NCBI GenBank assembly: GCA_965224025.1
Contig: OZ245033.1
Location: 2,528,001 to 2,592,000, forward strand
Source of the DNA: Candidatus Multivorans sp.
GTDB lineage: Bacteria > Acidobacteriota > Thermoanaerobaculia > Multivoradales > Multivoraceae
Length of the DNA: 64,000 nt
Reading direction: 5' to 3'
Within the stretch, counting starts at the first letter, position 1, and the number at the start of each line of letters is the position of its first letter. Positions 39,350 through 50,955 of the stretch are shown one piece after another. The notes below the pieces were generated by a model that did not search any database, had not been told where the DNA came from, and saw only the letters and a list, made by a program, of their open reading frames with translations. Made by a program: the position numbers and the translations under genes.

Positions 39350-41132
39350 ATGCGACGGAGACTCGTTGACGCGGAGGATCTGGCCCTTGACCGGCGGACT
39401 CTGCTGGCAGTAGCCGCCGGCGGCGCGGCGCTGGCGATGGGCTGCCGGCCGGGAACCGAGGCGGCTGAAACCACGCCCGCCGCTGTCGGCGGCTGGACGC
39501 CGCCGACCGACGAAGAACGGCGAGCCCTGGTGTCGACGGCGCACCTCGGTCCCAAGCGGGCGGTCCGGAGCGCGAACGGCCTGGCCATCTGCACCCACCC
39601 GCTCGCTGCCTCGGCGGCCGCCGACATGATCGCTCTGGGCGGCAACGCCTGCGACGGGGTGCTTGCGGCCAGCATCGCGCAGGCGGTGGTCGAGCCGCAC
39701 ATGACGACCCTTTCGGGCTGTCTCTCGATGCTCTACTACGACGCGGCTTCCGGCGAGTACAGCTACGTCAACGGGATGATGGCGGCGCCGCGGGCGGTGC
39801 CGGATGTGCGGAACATGGACGTGGCCGAGTTCGGGGCCCTGATGGCGAAGACGGACGGCACGCTCTGCTTCGTGCCCGGCTTCTGGGGCGGCTTCGAGGC
39901 CGGGCACGACCGCCACGGCCTGCTGCCGCGGGCCACCGTGATGGCGTCGGCGATCCACTACGCCCGCCGCGGCTTCGAGATCCACCCCTTCCTGTGGGGC
40001 GAGATGTTCGTCGAGTCGTCGGTGCTGGGCCGGGAGCCCTTCAGCCGGGAGATCTACTTTCGCGGCAGCACGCTCCGCGACATTGGCGACACCCTGGTCC
40101 AAAGCGCGCTCGCGGACACCCTGGAGCGCCTGGTGTCCGAGGGCGGCGACCACTTCTACCGGGGCGAGTTCGGCCGCCGCTACGCCGAGACGGTACAGGC
40201 TGAGGGCGGCCTGATCACCGCCGAGGACATGGCGTCCTACGAGGCGTTCTGGGACGAGCCGGTTCACGGCACGTACCGCGACTACGGCGTCGTGGGTTCG
40301 CCGGCGCCGGACTTCGGCGGTCAGGCGCTGGTCGAGATCATGAACATGGTCGAGCTGCTGGACCTCCAGAAGCTGGGGCCGGCGTTCGAGTCCGGCGAGA
40401 CGACCTTCAAGATGATGCAGATCGTCGGCCGGGTGTACGCCGACGCGGTCGGCGGCCGTTTTCGACGGCACGCTGCCCGAAGTCGAGCGGGCGATTTCGA
40501 AGGACTACGCGGCGGAACGGTTCGCCTCGCTCGAGGGCAAGCCGGCCAGCCCCAACGACCGGTACGCGGCAGTGAGAGCGATCCCGCCCCCGCCGGGCTC
40601 GAACCACGTCACCGTGGTCGACGCCGAGGGCAACGTCGCCACCGTGCTGCACTCGGTCATGTCGATGCCGTTCAGAACCGGCCTCTACGTCGACGGCGTC
40701 TACGCCTGCGCTTCCGGGGTCCACCTCGGGTCCGGTCCGGTCGAGCCGGGGGCAAGGGCGCACGCGCGCATCTGCCCGAACATGTTCACGCGGGACGGCC
40801 GCCCCGTGCTCGCGTCCGGGTCGCCGAGCGTGTCGCTGACCGAGAACATCGTCCAGAACTCGGTCAACCTGCTGGACTTCGGCCTCGACCTCGAGACCTC
40901 GGTCCACAAGCCGCGGTTCGGCGGCTCGTCGATGAACGTCCCCGGGGCGCTGATGGTGGAGGCCGATCTGCCTGGGGAACCGGGTCGCCTGCTGCGTGAA
41001 GCCGGCGCGACCGTAGACGTGGTGAACCCCTGGAACTGGCTGTGCGGTTCGTTCGAGGGGGTTCTGATCGACGAGGACGGCGCCGTGGCCTGCGGTGACC
41101 CGCGGCGCACGGCGCAGGCGGCAGCCGTTTGA
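39350..41132 (+). pseudogene. Gamma-glutamyltransferase-family Ntn hydrolase (Tat lipoprotein), frameshifted near 40460
   Basis: Signal RRTLL...MGC, then GGNACDG, VVEPHM and FYRGE. The small subunit (NHVTVVDAEGN...GDPRR) lies in another frame. Confidence 0.8.
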
Positions 41133-41920
41133 GAACCCCGGTGCTGCGGCTGGCGCCGGCGCTGGCGCTGGCGCTGGCGGCAGCAGGAGCCTTCGGCGGC
41201 GAGACGACGGTGGCGGTGGCGGCCAACGCGGCGGAGGCGATCGAGACGCTCGCCGCCGAGTTCGAGCGGGAGAGCGGCCACCAGGTGACGGTGACGGTCG
41301 GCTCGACCGGCAAGCTCTACGCGCAGATTCTTCACGGCGCGCCCTTCGATCAGTTTCTCGCGGCGGACCAGGAGCGGCCCCGGCTGCTGGTGGAGCAGGG
41401 ACTCGCGGTCGAGGACTCGCGCCAGACCTATGCGGTCGGTCGGTTGGTGCTGTGGAGTTCCGATCGGACGGTAGAGGCTTCCGCCGAGACGCTGCGCGCA
41501 GGCTCGTTTCGCCGGCTAGCACTCGCCAACCCGGACCTCGCGCCCTACGGGGCCGCCGCCCGGGACACCCTGCGCGAACTCGGTCTGTGGGACGAGTTGC
41601 GGCCGAAGATCGTCGTCGGCGAGAACGTCGGCCATACCTTCGCCATGATCGCCTCTGGTAACGCCGAGTTCGGTTTCGTTGCGCTCGCGTCCGTGCTCAA
41701 TCCGCGGGATGGTTATGCGGGGAGTTTCTGGGAGGTTCCGGCGGATCTCCACACGCCGATCCGCCAGGACGCGGTCCTTCTGGAGCGCGGCAAGGGCAAC
41801 GCGGCCGCACGCGACTTCCACGTCTTTCTGAGCAGTCCGAGGGCGCTACGGACGATCGAGTCGTTCGGCTTCCTCCTCGACAGGAGAGCTGGACCGTTCG
41901 ACGACGTTCGCCCAAGGTGA
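41129..41920 (+). CDS. modA: Molybdate ABC transporter substrate-binding protein
   Basis: Motifs GSTGKLYAQI..GAPFD.FLAAD, ANPDLAPYG and GENV. Confidence 0.93.
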   Translation: MRTPVLRLAPALALALAAAGAFGGETTVAVAANAAEAIETLAAEFERESGHQVTVTVGSTGKLYAQILHGAPFDQFLAADQERPRLLVEQGLAVEDSRQTYAVGRLVLWSSDRTVEASAETLRAGSFRRLALANPDLAPYGAAARDTLRELGLWDELRPKIVVGENVGHTFAMIASGNAEFGFVALASVLNPRDGYAGSFWEVPADLHTPIRQDAVLLERGKGNAAARDFHVFLSSPRALRTIESFGFLLDRRAGPFDDVRPR

Positions 41921-42120
41921 TCCTCCCGTTCGGTGTGGGCGAGTGCGGGACGGCCAGTGCGATTCTGGGGGGCTCGTGGGCCCGAGAATCGGGAAACGGA
42001 GTCAGCAGAGCCGTCGGCTGGACGTGCCCGGATGAAGCTAGGGCTTGCAGCAGCCAGCCCTGTCCGGGGCTATCCGCCGGTGTGGTCCGTGTGCGCGGAG
42101 CGTCGCACCCGGAGCAGTAA

Positions 42121-43068
42121 CTACGGTCCGGTGCTTGTGCTTTCCGGAGCTTTCTGAACGGCAAGGTTCTTCGCCCAGAGTTGGCCGGTACTGCTCAGTA
42201 CCGACTTGAGGGCCGGACCTTGGTCGTACAAGATCGTGGACAGGTGATAGAGCGTCAGGGCCTCGTCTTGGAGGGACTGGTCCTCTTCGAGGTCAACTAC
42301 TGTCAGGTCTTGATCCCTTGCTTCATCCCGGTCGATGCGCCGCCCGTGGCTTCGGTGTTGCAGCCCGCCGAAGTACTCGGCAGCGCTGCCAGCGAGTTCC
42401 GACGCATCGGGACGGCCCGCAAACATGTACCGTTGGAGCCATCCTTGGACGAGATCCTGGCCGTAGGCCAAGGCTTGCCGTGCCTCCTCGAGCAGCGCGG
42501 GTCCGAAGGAACGTAGTACGGGCGCCCACGCGTGGGCAAGCAGCGGATTCCCCGTGATTTCGCGCTTCGCTTCGTTGAACTGCGCCACGATGGAATGCGC
42601 GGAGAAGGCGCGGTCGGCGACGATGAGCTGCGGATCGGTAGGGCCCAACTGGCTCTGTCGCCCCATGATCACGCGGTCGCAGCCAAGCGCGATCATCGTT
42701 CCGGCCGACATTGCATAGGTGGGTATCAGGACATCGATCTGGCCGAACTTGCTGCGAAGGTAGCCAACGATTGTCTGGGCCGCCTCGGCCAAGCCGCCCG
42801 GGGTATGCAGGATCAACAGGAGCCCCTTCGAGAAATCACAGCCGTGAACGCCGGCCATGAATCCGTTGATGTCCTCCCGGTTGATCGCCGTGAACAGTCC
42901 CGGGACCTCCGGCTTCTGGAGGAACGCGGAGGAGTAGTAGAGCACGTTGCGGTCACAGTGCTCCGCAATCCGCCGCGCCGACGCCCGGGACCTTTCGGTG
43001 ATGAAGCGACCTCTTTCCGCGACTGGAGTTCCGTTCAACTCATCCAGGAGGTCAGCCCACGTCGCCAT
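42121..43068 (-). CDS. SDH-family ClpP-like serine protease
   Basis: Motifs LILHTPGG, AMSAGTMIAL, LGPTDPQ and SHGRRI. Confidence 0.85.
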   Translation of the reverse strand: MATWADLLDELNGTPVAERGRFITERSRASARRIAEHCDRNVLYYSSAFLQKPEVPGLFTAINREDINGFMAGVHGCDFSKGLLLILHTPGGLAEAAQTIVGYLRSKFGQIDVLIPTYAMSAGTMIALGCDRVIMGRQSQLGPTDPQLIVADRAFSAHSIVAQFNEAKREITGNPLLAHAWAPVLRSFGPALLEEARQALAYGQDLVQGWLQRYMFAGRPDASELAGSAAEYFGGLQHRSHGRRIDRDEARDQDLTVVDLEEDQSLQDEALTLYHLSTILYDQGPALKSVLSSTGQLWAKNLAVQKAPESTSTGP

Positions 43069-43291
43069 CGGAACTCCCCGTCACCACGTAGCCGATGGGG
43101 TTGTCCCACGAGTATGCCGGCTGAATCTCTATTGCGGCCGTCATCGGTTCTGGCAGGTCGGCGAAGTCGGCCAGTCGCATGACATCCTCGTACTGCTGCC
43201 TTGCCTGCTCAAGGAGCCGGATGACCTCGGCGTCGCTCGGTTTCACCCGCGTCTCCGGGTCGGATCGGCGAGAGGAGGTTGGGTGCGTCAT
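43052..43291 (-). CDS. Small hypothetical protein overlapping the protease start
   Basis: 79-aa ORF with an amphipathic helix (AEVIRLLEQARQQYEDVMRL) and a 17-bp overlap with the protease gene. Confidence 0.5.
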   Translation of the reverse strand: MTHPTSSRRSDPETRVKPSDAEVIRLLEQARQQYEDVMRLADFADLPEPMTAAIEIQPAYSWDNPIGYVVTGSSDGDVG

Positions 43292-43677
43292 GGGGCCACT
43301 CTTTCCGGGGCACTTGTTTCCGGTGGTCCTGTGACCGCCAGATGGACGAGGTGTCGTTCGATTGCGGGTCACCGCCTTAGTCCTCGGCCGTCAAGGGGCG
43401 GGCCGTCGGTCTTGGGCTCTCCTGCTGCGCTCTTCCTGACACGGACAGCCTCCCTTTGGCCCGCGCCGTGCCAACTTAGGTGTCTGGAGTCTACGTCTAG
43501 TGTTGGTCGCTAGCAAGCGGACGAGCGACGGACGGGCACCTTCCGTGGACATCGGCTCGGTCGTGCCTTCTCCGGTGTGACAGCTGTGAGCGTGGGGCTC
43601 CGCTCGTGGGGACGAGGGGTTCGGGACGGAACCCTAGTCCGAAGTGCCGGCATGGGACTGCCTGCATGAGCCGGACA

Positions 43678-46313
43678 TCACGCGAGCGGGGTCCTCGCGC
43701 CAGTCTCACCCAACCCGTACAACCGACGCACCAGCCCCTCGAGTCCGCCTTCGAGATCCTCGACGTCCGCCGACGGGTCGCGCCGTCTTGCCGTCAGGAT
43801 CGCGTCGACGACGCGGACGACGGGCAGCTGCGCCTTCTCGCTGCAATCGGGAACGGGCAGCCTCTTCCAGTCGTTGGGGTAGAGGTGGATGTTGCTCCGT
43901 CGATTGGCGCGCAGGAACTCGCGGGCCACAGCGGAGTTCATGACACCGAGCAGGAACTTGACCGCGAAACGGGCGCTTGTCTCCTCGAGGTCTTCGCGCC
44001 GGGGCAGGTCCGGCCGGCGAGGCTTCTCGTCGCGATATCGCGTCTGACGCTTGATGGACCTGTTGCGAACTCCGCGCAAGCTGTGCCACGGTACGATCCC
44101 CACGGGTGCTCGGCGTCGGGAGTGTCGGACACGAGGTCGGCCAGTTGAAACGCTCCTGGTACCCGCTTCTCGTCAGCGTGCGCGACCAGCCCAACGCTGA
44201 CATAGCCGACTTCGTCGAGGGTCACCGTGGGCCGACTGAATCGATGCTCGATGGTGTCCTCAGGGAAGAAGGCCCGGTGCGTAAGCCTTCGTTGCTCGTC
44301 GGTCGTCAGGAGCTTGACGTTGCCAAACTCGCCGTGATGCACCCTGCGTTGAGGCTTGTTCTGGACGCCGTTGGTCTTCTGGAAGACGAACGTGACGTTC
44401 CTGACGGCGGCGTCGAAGATGCGGATGCGGCTCAGGAAGTCCAACCGCAGAATGCGTGCGTGCCGAAGAAACCACTCTTGTGACTTCTCCGCGTACTTGG
44501 CGTGGCAGTAGGCGTCGGAGACGATGAACGTGATGACGCCACCCTCCCTCAGCAACCGGAACCCCCGCTCGATGAAAGGGATGTACAGGTCCCACTTTTC
44601 CCACAGCGTCTCGTACCTGTCGCTGTCCACCACGCGCTGCCGCAGTTCTTGGTGAGCGGGGTCGGGGAAGTCCGCACGCACGTAGGGCGGATTCCCGATC
44701 ACCACATCGAAACCGTCCTTCACGCCAAACATCCACTCGGGGTCGAGCCAGTCGGCGCTGGCGTTCTGGTCGTACGGCCGCCATGCCGAGAGGGCGTTCG
44801 CCGCCGTTTCGCTCCATTCGTCCTCGATGAGCGCTTCGCGGAGTTCGCCTCTGAGCCTCTCGTCCTTCTTCCTCAACTCCCACTTGGCGCCGCGGTCGTG
44901 GGCGTCGAACCACTGCCGCCGAAGCCGCTTCAGCCGCTCTTCTAGCCGGCTGACCTCGGTGCTCCGTAGCTCGGCTTGAGCGGGGCGCTCCATACCCAGC
45001 AGCGAGTTCGCGGCAATGAAGTTGGTCTCGAGATTCGGCAGCGGATCCAGACCATAGTTGTTGGCGGGATCCGAGGTGGGTTGTTGCTCGACGATCAGAG
45101 AGATGAAGAAGCGCAGCTTGGTGATCTGGGTGGCCACGGGTTGGATGTCAACGCCGTGAATGACCCTCTGGATCAGGTAGAGCTTTCGCCCGAAGTCCCC
45201 GTAGCAGCGCTCCTCTGAGAAGGCGTGTTCGATCGCGCGAAGGGCGCTCCCGCGGGCCTGGGGATCCTCGATCGCCTCCGCTGCGTCCAACTGGCGCCTC
45301 TTCCACCGTTCGTTTTGCGGGTCGACCTTTCCGAGCTCGGTGTTGAGCGTCGCGAAGAAGAGGTTCTGGAGCACGGCCCGGTAGTAGTCGGTGCGTTCGG
45401 GACCGTGGTTCGTCAGAGTCGCCTCCGCGAAACGCTCGCGGAAGAGTTCGCCGGGCACTAGCCATTTCTCCTTGAGGAACCAGATGAACAGCAGCCGTGT
45501 GATCATTCGGATCACGTGCCGTTCGGCGTTGCCTGCACCCGCGCCGTCGTCCGGGAAGGAGCAGTCGTCTACTGCGCATTCGAACCATCGGTACAGGCGC
45601 TTGTAGAAGCGTCTGTTGAGTTCCTCGGTATCGAGTACCTGCTGCCACGCGCGGTGAAGTTCGTCAAAGTTGGAGTTCGCCGGCGCGAGCTCAGCAAGCG
45701 CGAGTTCGCTCGGGATTCGAACGTGCGCGCTGTGGGGGGCGTCCACGCGGATGTCCTTGATGAGCGTCGCCTTCGTGAGCACGTCGCGGTCGAAGTCGCG
45801 TTTGTGGGCCCTCCGGTGAATCACCGCCAACGTAAGCGCGGTGGTGCCGTCGTCCCTGCGGTAGCGGAAGAAGACGATGACGGGCATCCTGAACAGTCGG
45901 TTTACGCCCCGCACCATCGAGGCCAGCCGGAAGCGGGCATGGTCCCCGTCCCTGAGCTCTACGGCCATGAAGAGGAACGACTTGATCCGGCTCTCGTCGA
46001 AGTGTGTGAACTGGTTCTCGAACAGGTGCCCCTGGATTCTGGAGGCCAACTCGTCTTCGCCATACTGGAACACGATCTCAACACGCTTCCAGGTGTCGAG
46101 AATCAGGCTCCGCTGCCTCTCCGCCATCGTCTGCTCGCTGTGGCGGACGAATTGGTCGAGGAAGTCCCTGGGGTTTTCGGGTCCGGTTCCGAGGGTGCGT
46201 TCGCTCTCGTAGCCGAGGCACTTCAGCAGGGCTGCTGCCCGCTCTCCGAGCGGGCCGTCTTCGAACGCGCGAACTGCATCTTCGACCCGTTCGCGAAGGG
46301 CGTCGGTGCTCAC
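43678..46313 (-). pseudogene. Type IIG (Eco57I-like) restriction-modification enzyme, internally deleted and frameshifted
   Basis: Motifs TRLLFIWFLKEK, IHGVDIQP, LPNLE and VIGNPPYVR. Motif I (DPxxGSG) is absent at the LFFATLNTE-LGKVDP junction. The TaqI_C-like tail lies in another frame (44103-43678). Confidence 0.85.
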
Positions 46314-48623
46314 GTGCCCTCGTCGACGATCGCGAGCCAGGTCACGAGTTCGAAGTCCCGACTGCTTGAAGGACGCTCCGAGCGCCTTGACACCATCGCT
46401 TCACGACTCTTGGCGAGTGCCGCCCGTTCACTCCGCCGAAATCGACCCACGATGTCCCGAAGGGCCGCCCCGAGGATCTGCTCGTACTTCGCCATCTCGC
46501 TCCCGTGACCAGTCTTGCGGTCGAAGATGTCCACGAGTTCGGAGAGCACTTCAATTCGGCCACGCGCGACAGCGCTGAACAGCGTCAGCACTTGCTTCGC
46601 CTGCCGGAACGAGTAACGCACCGTTCCGTCGTCGCGCGCGTAGACCAGGAAGTACGGGTGGAGGCGATTCGGTGTGCGTTCCGCGCCGGCGTTTCGCTGC
46701 CTGAGGCAGAAGATCGCGCCCGGTTGGATCCGAGAGGACACGTCGGCTGACTCGGCCGTGAGTGGTCGTGTCGGCGACACCGCCACGATCCCCAGCGGCG
46801 CTTTCTCCAGCGCCTCTCGATTGGCCTGCAAGTACGCGAGCAGGTCGGCCAGGAAGTCGTCGAGGGTGAAGTCGCTCATCGAAATCCCGTCGTCCACCTC
46901 TTCCAGGTCGAGAGCTTCCTCCCCTCATCCGTCGCAACTGGCGGTCGCGGAATCCGAGGTCGTATTGGGCGGCCGTCGTCAACGCCTCGCTCGGTTCCAC
47001 ATCATCGGCGGCCAGCAGGTCGTCCTGCCCGGTGGCCGCCGCGTCTACGAGCGCCATTCGAGCCTCTACCCGGTTCTCGGGGAAGCCTCCGATCTCCGCC
47101 TCGGCTTCCGGGTAGGCCCGGCGCACGTGGGAGCGCGAACGGGCGATGGTGACCCCGTCGAGAAGGGCGAGGAAGTCTGCTCCCAGCCGCTCCAGCAGCG
47201 CTGCCTTGTCTCTGACGCTGCCCCGTGCGCATTCCTTCTCCCACTCCTGGAACTCCCGCTGGGCCAGCCTGAACACGGTCTGAACGTCGCCGATGCCGAG
47301 CGATTCCCGGAAGGCGTCCTGTTGCTTCTCCGTCATCAGGTAGATCTGGTTGCGGAGGTCGCGGAGGCTCGTGTTGACGGGAGTTGCCGAGAGCATGAGC
47401 ACCTTGGTCCGCGCTCCTTCTTTCAGCACTTCCTCCAGCAGCCGGTTGTAGCGGCTGCGGGCGACGAGATTGCCGTCTTCGTCCTTTCTGTCCCGCCCCT
47501 CGTTGCGGAAGTTGTGGGACTCGTCAATCACGATCAGATCGAACCCGCTCCAGTTGAAGTTCGCCAGGTTGACGTGCCCGGACTCGCCTCTGGTGCGGCT
47601 CAGGTCCGTGTGGGCGAGGACCGTGTAGCCCAGGCGGTCGTCGGCCAGAGGGTTGCCCGCCTGTCCGGCCCACGAGGCGTACCGGATCCAGTTCTGCTCG
47701 AGCTTCTTCGGGCAGAGAACCAGGACCTTCGCGCTGCGATCCTCAAAGAACTTGATGACGGCAAGTGCCGTCCAGGTCTTCCCGAGCCCTACGCTGTCGG
47801 CGATGATACAGCCGTTGTGGCGCATGAGCCGGTTGATGGCGCTCACGGCGCCGTCCCTCTGGAACTGAAAGAGGGCCTTCCAGACCCGCGTGTCGTACAG
47901 GTGGACATCGCGGATCAGGCCCTCGCGCTCGGCGTGCTCCGCCAGCCTGTCCCCGAGCGCGTGGAAGAGCGTCTTATAGTAGACGAACTCGGGAGGGTAG
48001 TCCCTGCCCAGTCGTGCGAGCGCGCCCAGGACTTCCTGTTTCGCGTCGCGGGTCAGCTCGTGGTCGTTCCAGAGTGCGTCGAACCAGGCCAGGAGGGGTT
48101 CGCGGTCGGCTTCGCGGTGGAGTTCGAGGTTGAGTTCGATGTTCGGATTCACACCGAGGCCGAGACCGCCCCGCGTGAAGTTCGAGCTGCCGAGAACCGC
48201 AGCGTTGTCCCCTGCCCCCCGGGCCACATGGTAGAGCTTCCCATGCAGGAAGTTGCTTCTCTCGACGCTACGGATGTCGACCTTCCTCTGGATCCAGTTG
48301 GCGCAGGCTCGCGCCAGCGGCTTTTGGGCGAGTGCCTGCTTCAGTTCGATGCCCCCGTCGTTGGTGAGCCTGAACGCCTTCTCTCCGGCCTTGGAGGGGT
48401 CCACCGCCCCGACCCCGCGGGGCTCGCCATACAGGAAGCGCATCCGCTCGATGGCGTCGAGCCGTGCCCGTAGATCGCCGTATGCGTATATGGTGAAGTA
48501 GGCCGAGACGACGGAAAGTCGAGATCCGGGATCGATCTGCTCGCGGAGGAAGCCGCCCACTTTGCGGGACTGGTTGTCGATGATCGCGTTTGTGGGTGCG
48601 GTGTTGGGGTGGCGAGGCTTCAT
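46310..48623 (-). pseudogene. PLD-SNF2 helicase partner of the RM enzyme, internally deleted
   Basis: Motifs SAYF, LHGKLY, GSSNFT, ADSVGLGKT, IDESHNFRN and LSATP. The helicase C domain is missing at the IGGFPE-NRVEARM junction (about 47075), and there is a frameshift near 46920. Confidence 0.85.
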
Positions 48624-48905
48624 GGGTGTGTGGACTCGGCCGATTCTCGGAGGAGCTTCGGCGGGAACTGCGGACGTCGGGATACCTAGGTGCGGACGAG
48701 TCGCCGTCGAACTCTAGCCCCAGGTCAAGCCTTGTTGACGTAGTGTCGGCTCCCTCTCTCCTCCTTGCTGCTTCCGGGAGGAGTGTGACGTTACAGTGTC
48801 ACTTCTACGTCCTCGACACGGACTTAGGTGAAGCATGAGTGAAGTACCCGAGGCAGGCGGGTGCGGTCAGCACAGCCGCATGAACGAAACCTGAGTACGA
48901 GCACA

Positions 48906-49583
48906 ATGGACCTTCCCGAACTCGGCCCGCTCTGGCTCAGCCTGCAGCTTGCGGCCGCGGCGACCGCGGTGCTGGTCTTGCTCGGTACGCCGCTCGCCTG
49001 GTGGCTGGCCCGCACCCGTTCGCGGATCAAGCCGGTGATCGAGGCGGTGACCGCCCTGCCCCTGGTCCTGCCGCCGACGGTGCTCGGCTTCTACCTGCTG
49101 CTGCTGATGAGCCCGCGGTCGTGGCTGGGCGGGCTGTGGGTCGAGGTCACGGACACGACGCTGACGTTCTCGTTCACGGGCCTGGTGATTGCTTCGGTCG
49201 TCTACTCGCTGCCGTTCATGGTCCAACCGCTGCAGGCCGCGTTCGAGTCCTTGGGGAGGGGACCCCTGGAGGCAGCGGCCTCCCTTCGCGCCTCGCCCCT
49301 CGATGCCTTCCTGACCGTTGCCGTGCCGCTCTCGCTTCGGGGCTTTCTGACCGCGGCGGTGCTGACCTTCGCGCACACGATCGGCGAGTTCGGAGTCGTG
49401 TTGATGGTGGGCGGCAGCATCCCCGGCAAGACGCGGGTCATTTCGATCGCCATCTACGAACACGTCGAGACCCTGCGGTACGCGGAGGCGCACACGCTCG
49501 CGGTCGGTCTGCTCCTGTTCGCGTTCGCCGTGCTGGTGTTCGTCTACGTCTTCAACCGGAGGCTCCCGGTCCATGTCGCCTGA
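48906..49583 (+). CDS. modB: Molybdate ABC transporter permease
   Basis: Motifs LPLVLPPTVLGFYLL and FAHTIGEFGVVLMVGG. Confidence 0.95.
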   Translation: MDLPELGPLWLSLQLAAAATAVLVLLGTPLAWWLARTRSRIKPVIEAVTALPLVLPPTVLGFYLLLLMSPRSWLGGLWVEVTDTTLTFSFTGLVIASVVYSLPFMVQPLQAAFESLGRGPLEAAASLRASPLDAFLTVAVPLSLRGFLTAAVLTFAHTIGEFGVVLMVGGSIPGKTRVISIAIYEHVETLRYAEAHTLAVGLLLFAFAVLVFVYVFNRRLPVHVA

Positions 49584-50697
49584 CCGCAGCGAGAGCGCCC
49601 TGGAACTGGACGTGCGGGTCGGCTTCGCCGGCTTCGACCTCGAAGTTGACCAGGCGATCCCGGCCGCCGGCGTCACCGCCGTCTTCGGTCCGTCGGGCAG
49701 CGGCAAGACGACCCTGCTGCGGGCCGTGCTGGGCTTGGAGCCTGGCGCGACGGGACGCATCGCATTGGGCGGCGAGGCCTGGCTCGACAGCGAGCGCGGC
49801 GTGCTGACCCCGCCGCACCGCCGTCCTGTCGGCTGTACCTTCCAGGACGGCCGGCTGTTCCCGCACCTCGATGTTGCCGGCAACCTCAGCTACGCGGACC
49901 GGCGGAGCGCGCCGGCGTCCGGAGCTGCGACGGCGATCGCGCGCGACGATGTCGTAGACGCGCTGGACCTCGAACCGCTCCTCGACCGGCGCCCCCACAC
50001 GCTGTCGGGCGGCGAGCGGCAGCGAGCCGCCCTTGGTCGGGCGCTGCTCAGTCGCCCGCGTCTGCTGCTGCTCGACGAGCCCCTGTCGGCGCTCGACCGG
50101 CGCCGCAAAGCGGAGATCATGCCGTATCTCCTGGCGCTGCATCCGCGCTTCGGCATTCCGACCCTCTACGTCAGTCACGCGGTCGACGAGGTGGCCCTGC
50201 TGGCGGACCGCATCCTGGTGCTCGCCGAGGGCCGGGTGCAGGCGTTCGGCGGTACGGTCGAGGTGCTCGAGCAGCTCGACCTGGCGCCGCTCACAGAGCG
50301 CTTCCAGGCCGCGTCGGTGCTGGAGGCCCGGGTCGGCGCCCACGATGACGAGTACCGCCTGACCTGGCTCGACCTGGACGGCCAGCGGCTCAGCGTGCCG
50401 CGAATCGAATACCTCGCCGTCGGCGAGTCGGCGCGGTTGCTGGTGCGCTCGCGGGACGTGTCGCTCGCCACCGAACGCCCGTCGCCCACCAGCATCCGCA
50501 ACGTGTTGTCGGGCGTCCTCGTGGCGCTCCACCAGGACGAGTCGACCGCATTCGCGGAGGCGACGATCGATCTGGGGTCTCATCGGCTGCGGGCTCGGAT
50601 CACACGGGCGTCGGCAGCCGAACTCGGCCTCGAGGTCGGCTCGCCGGTGTTCGCGCTGCTCAAGAGCGTGAGCCTGGACACGCGCGCCGGTCGCTAG
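49573..50697 (+). CDS. modC: Molybdate ABC transporter ATP-binding protein
   Basis: Motifs GPSGSGKTT, LSGGERQR and LLLDEP, with a TOBE C-terminus (SIRNVL...LLKSV). Confidence 0.95.
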   Translation: MSPDRSESALELDVRVGFAGFDLEVDQAIPAAGVTAVFGPSGSGKTTLLRAVLGLEPGATGRIALGGEAWLDSERGVLTPPHRRPVGCTFQDGRLFPHLDVAGNLSYADRRSAPASGAATAIARDDVVDALDLEPLLDRRPHTLSGGERQRAALGRALLSRPRLLLLDEPLSALDRRRKAEIMPYLLALHPRFGIPTLYVSHAVDEVALLADRILVLAEGRVQAFGGTVEVLEQLDLAPLTERFQAASVLEARVGAHDDEYRLTWLDLDGQRLSVPRIEYLAVGESARLLVRSRDVSLATERPSPTSIRNVLSGVLVALHQDESTAFAEATIDLGSHRLRARITRASAAELGLEVGSPVFALLKSVSLDTRAGR

Positions 50698-50829
50698 CGG
50701 ACGTGCCGGCCCAATGCGAGCCTTCGAAGGCGGACCCAATGCTCGCGAACGACAGCGTGAAGGCGGCCCTGTTCTGCAACCGTCCCGTCGTCGCGGCGAG
50801 GGTGCTTCCACCCCGCCCGGGTGTCCAGG

Positions 50830-50955
50830 CTGCTTGCCACGAAAGGAGTGAATGGCGAACGTGCGGTCGCGCGGAAGCAGCCGCGGTAACAGCCTGCTCG
50901 GAAACGCTTCCATCGAGGGCTCTTCGACCAGGAACTCCAAGTGGCGAACCGTCAC
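50830..50955 (-). pseudogene. DUF4276-like (TOPRIM) N-terminal fragment
   Basis: Reads HLEFLVEEPSMEAF...FAIHSFRGKQ. Its start overlaps the stop of the upstream AAA gene. Confidence 0.65.

Noticed and set aside
43430-43500. Short words (GACACGGAC, ACTTAGGTG, TCTACGTC) shared with 48800-48830
   Set aside because: The matches are only 8-9 bp and in a different order, so they cannot be distinguished from chance or called att sites.
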